Origin: Scyliorhinus canicula
Lineage: Eukaryota
NCBI RefSeq assembly: GCF_902713615.1
Contig: NC_052176.1
Location: 2,418,001-2,482,000 of the forward strand
Direction of reading: 5' to 3'
Length of the DNA: 64,000 bases
Shown: positions 62,591-64,000 of the stretch, one piece after another
How positions within the stretch are numbered: position 1 is the stretch's first letter
Layout of the letters: every line of letters starts with the position of its first letter
Program-made: the position numbers and the translations under genes
Notes under the pieces: generated by a model
Databases searched by the model: none
Told to the model about the DNA's origin: nothing
What the model saw: the letters and a program-made list of their open reading frames with translations, nothing else

Positions 62591-64000
62591 ACATAAGAAC
62601 ATAAGAACTAGGAGCAGGAGTAGGCCATCTGGCCCCTCGAGCCTGCTCCACCATTCAATGAGATTATGGCTGATCTTTTGTGGACTCAGCTCCACTTTCC
62701 GGCCCGAACACCATAACCCTTAATCCCTTTATTCTTCAAAAAACTATCTATCTTTACCTTAAAAACATTTAATGAAGGAGCCTCAACTGCTTCACTGGGC
62801 AAGGAATTCCATAGATTCACAACCCTTTGGGTGAAGAAGTTCCTCCTAAACTCAGTCCTAAATCTACTTCCCATATTTTGAGGCTATGTCTCCTAGTTCT
62901 GCTTTCACCCGCCAGTGGAAACATCCTGCCCGCATCTATCCTATCTATTCCCTTCATAATTTTAAATGTTTCTATAAGATCCCCCCTCATCCTTCTAAAT
63001 TCCAACGAGTACAGTCCCAGTCTACCCAACATCTCCTCATAATCCAACCCCTTCAGCTCTGGGATTAACCTAGTGAATCTCCTCTGCACACCCTCCAGTG
63101 CCAGTATGTCCTTTCTCAAGTAAGGAGACCAAAACTGAACACAATACTCCAGGTGTGGCCTCACTAACACCTTATACAATTGCAACATAACCTCCCTAGT
63201 CTTAAACTCCATCCCTCTAGCAATGAAGGACAAAATTCCATTTGCCTTCTTAATCACCTGTTGCACCTGTAAACCAACTTTCTGTGACTCATGCACTAGC
63301 ACACCCAGGTCTCTCTGCACAGCGGCATGCTTTAATATTTTATCGTTTAAATAATAATCCCGTTTGCTGTTATTCCTACCAAAATGGATAACCTCACATT
63401 TGTCAACATTGTATTCCATCTGCCAGACCCTAGCCCGTTCACTTAACCTATCCAAATCCCTCTGCAGACTTCCAGTATCCTCTGCACTTTTCGCTTTACC
63501 ACTCATCTTAGTGTCATCTGCAAACTTGAACACATTGCCCTTGGTCCCCAACTCCAAATCATCTATGTAAATTGTGAACAATTGTGGGTCCAACACGGAT
63601 CCCTAAGGGACACCACTAGCTACTGATTGCCAACCAGAGAAATACCCATTAATCCCCACTCTTTGCTTTCTATTAATTAACCAATCCTCTATCCATGCTA
63701 CTACTTTACCCTTAATGCCATGCATCTTTATCTTATGCAGCAACCTTTTGTGTGGCACCTTGTCAAAGGCTTTCTGGAAATCCAGATATACCACATCCAT
63801 TGGCTCCCCGTTATCTACTGCACTGGTAATGTCCTCAAAATATTCCACTAAATTAGTTAGGCACGACCTGCCCTTTACGAACCCATGCTGCGTCTGCCCA
63901 ATGGGACAATTTCTATCCAGATGCCTCGCTATTTCTTCCTTGATGATAGATTCCAGCATCTTCCCTACTACCGAAGTTAAGCTCACTGGCCTATAATTTC
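62591..64000 (-). mobile_element. CR1 LINE (RT domain and 3' end), running off the window
   Basis: ORFs 63603-63986 and 62817-63596 (DFQKAFDKVPH, KFADDTK, LVRPHLEYCVQFWSP). One in-frame stop near 63603. (ACATAAGA)n tail. Confidence 0.95.

Overview
Eukaryotic, intron-rich vertebrate DNA. The repeat content (HE1/V-SINE-type tRNA SINEs, CR1, Rex/Babar, RTE, L1, Penelope relics, solo LTRs) points to a cartilaginous fish, probably a catshark-like shark. It is GC-rich with many long G/C homopolymers and one 500-N gap (7556-8055). Two + strand genes can be reconstructed. (1) GPR137: CpG-island promoter at ~6.4-6.8 kb, five coding exons visible from 11227 to 19685, and a 3'UTR to ~22.36 kb. Its first coding exon(s) are not visible and probably lie in the gap. 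(2) A short CENP-F-like gene: promoter at ~34.4-35.2 kb, ATG at 38595, and 13 coding exons visible to 61799, continuing beyond the window. Main observations: the CENP-F-like gene looks like a compact second CENP-F paralogue (about 1750 codons to the C-terminal GLPxVVxKG motif) linked to GPR137; its promoter is a phased array of 13 CCAAT boxes about 52 bp apart; its exon 6 has an apparent 1-nt frameshift; the GPR137 promoter sits between two oppositely skewed G-rich minisatellites; inverted 69-bp satellite arrays bracket CENPF-like exons 8-14; and a Penelope end carries a minimal hammerhead ribozyme motif. Exon and motif coordinates were counted by hand; repeat boundaries are approximate. Family assignments come from recalled motifs, not database searches.
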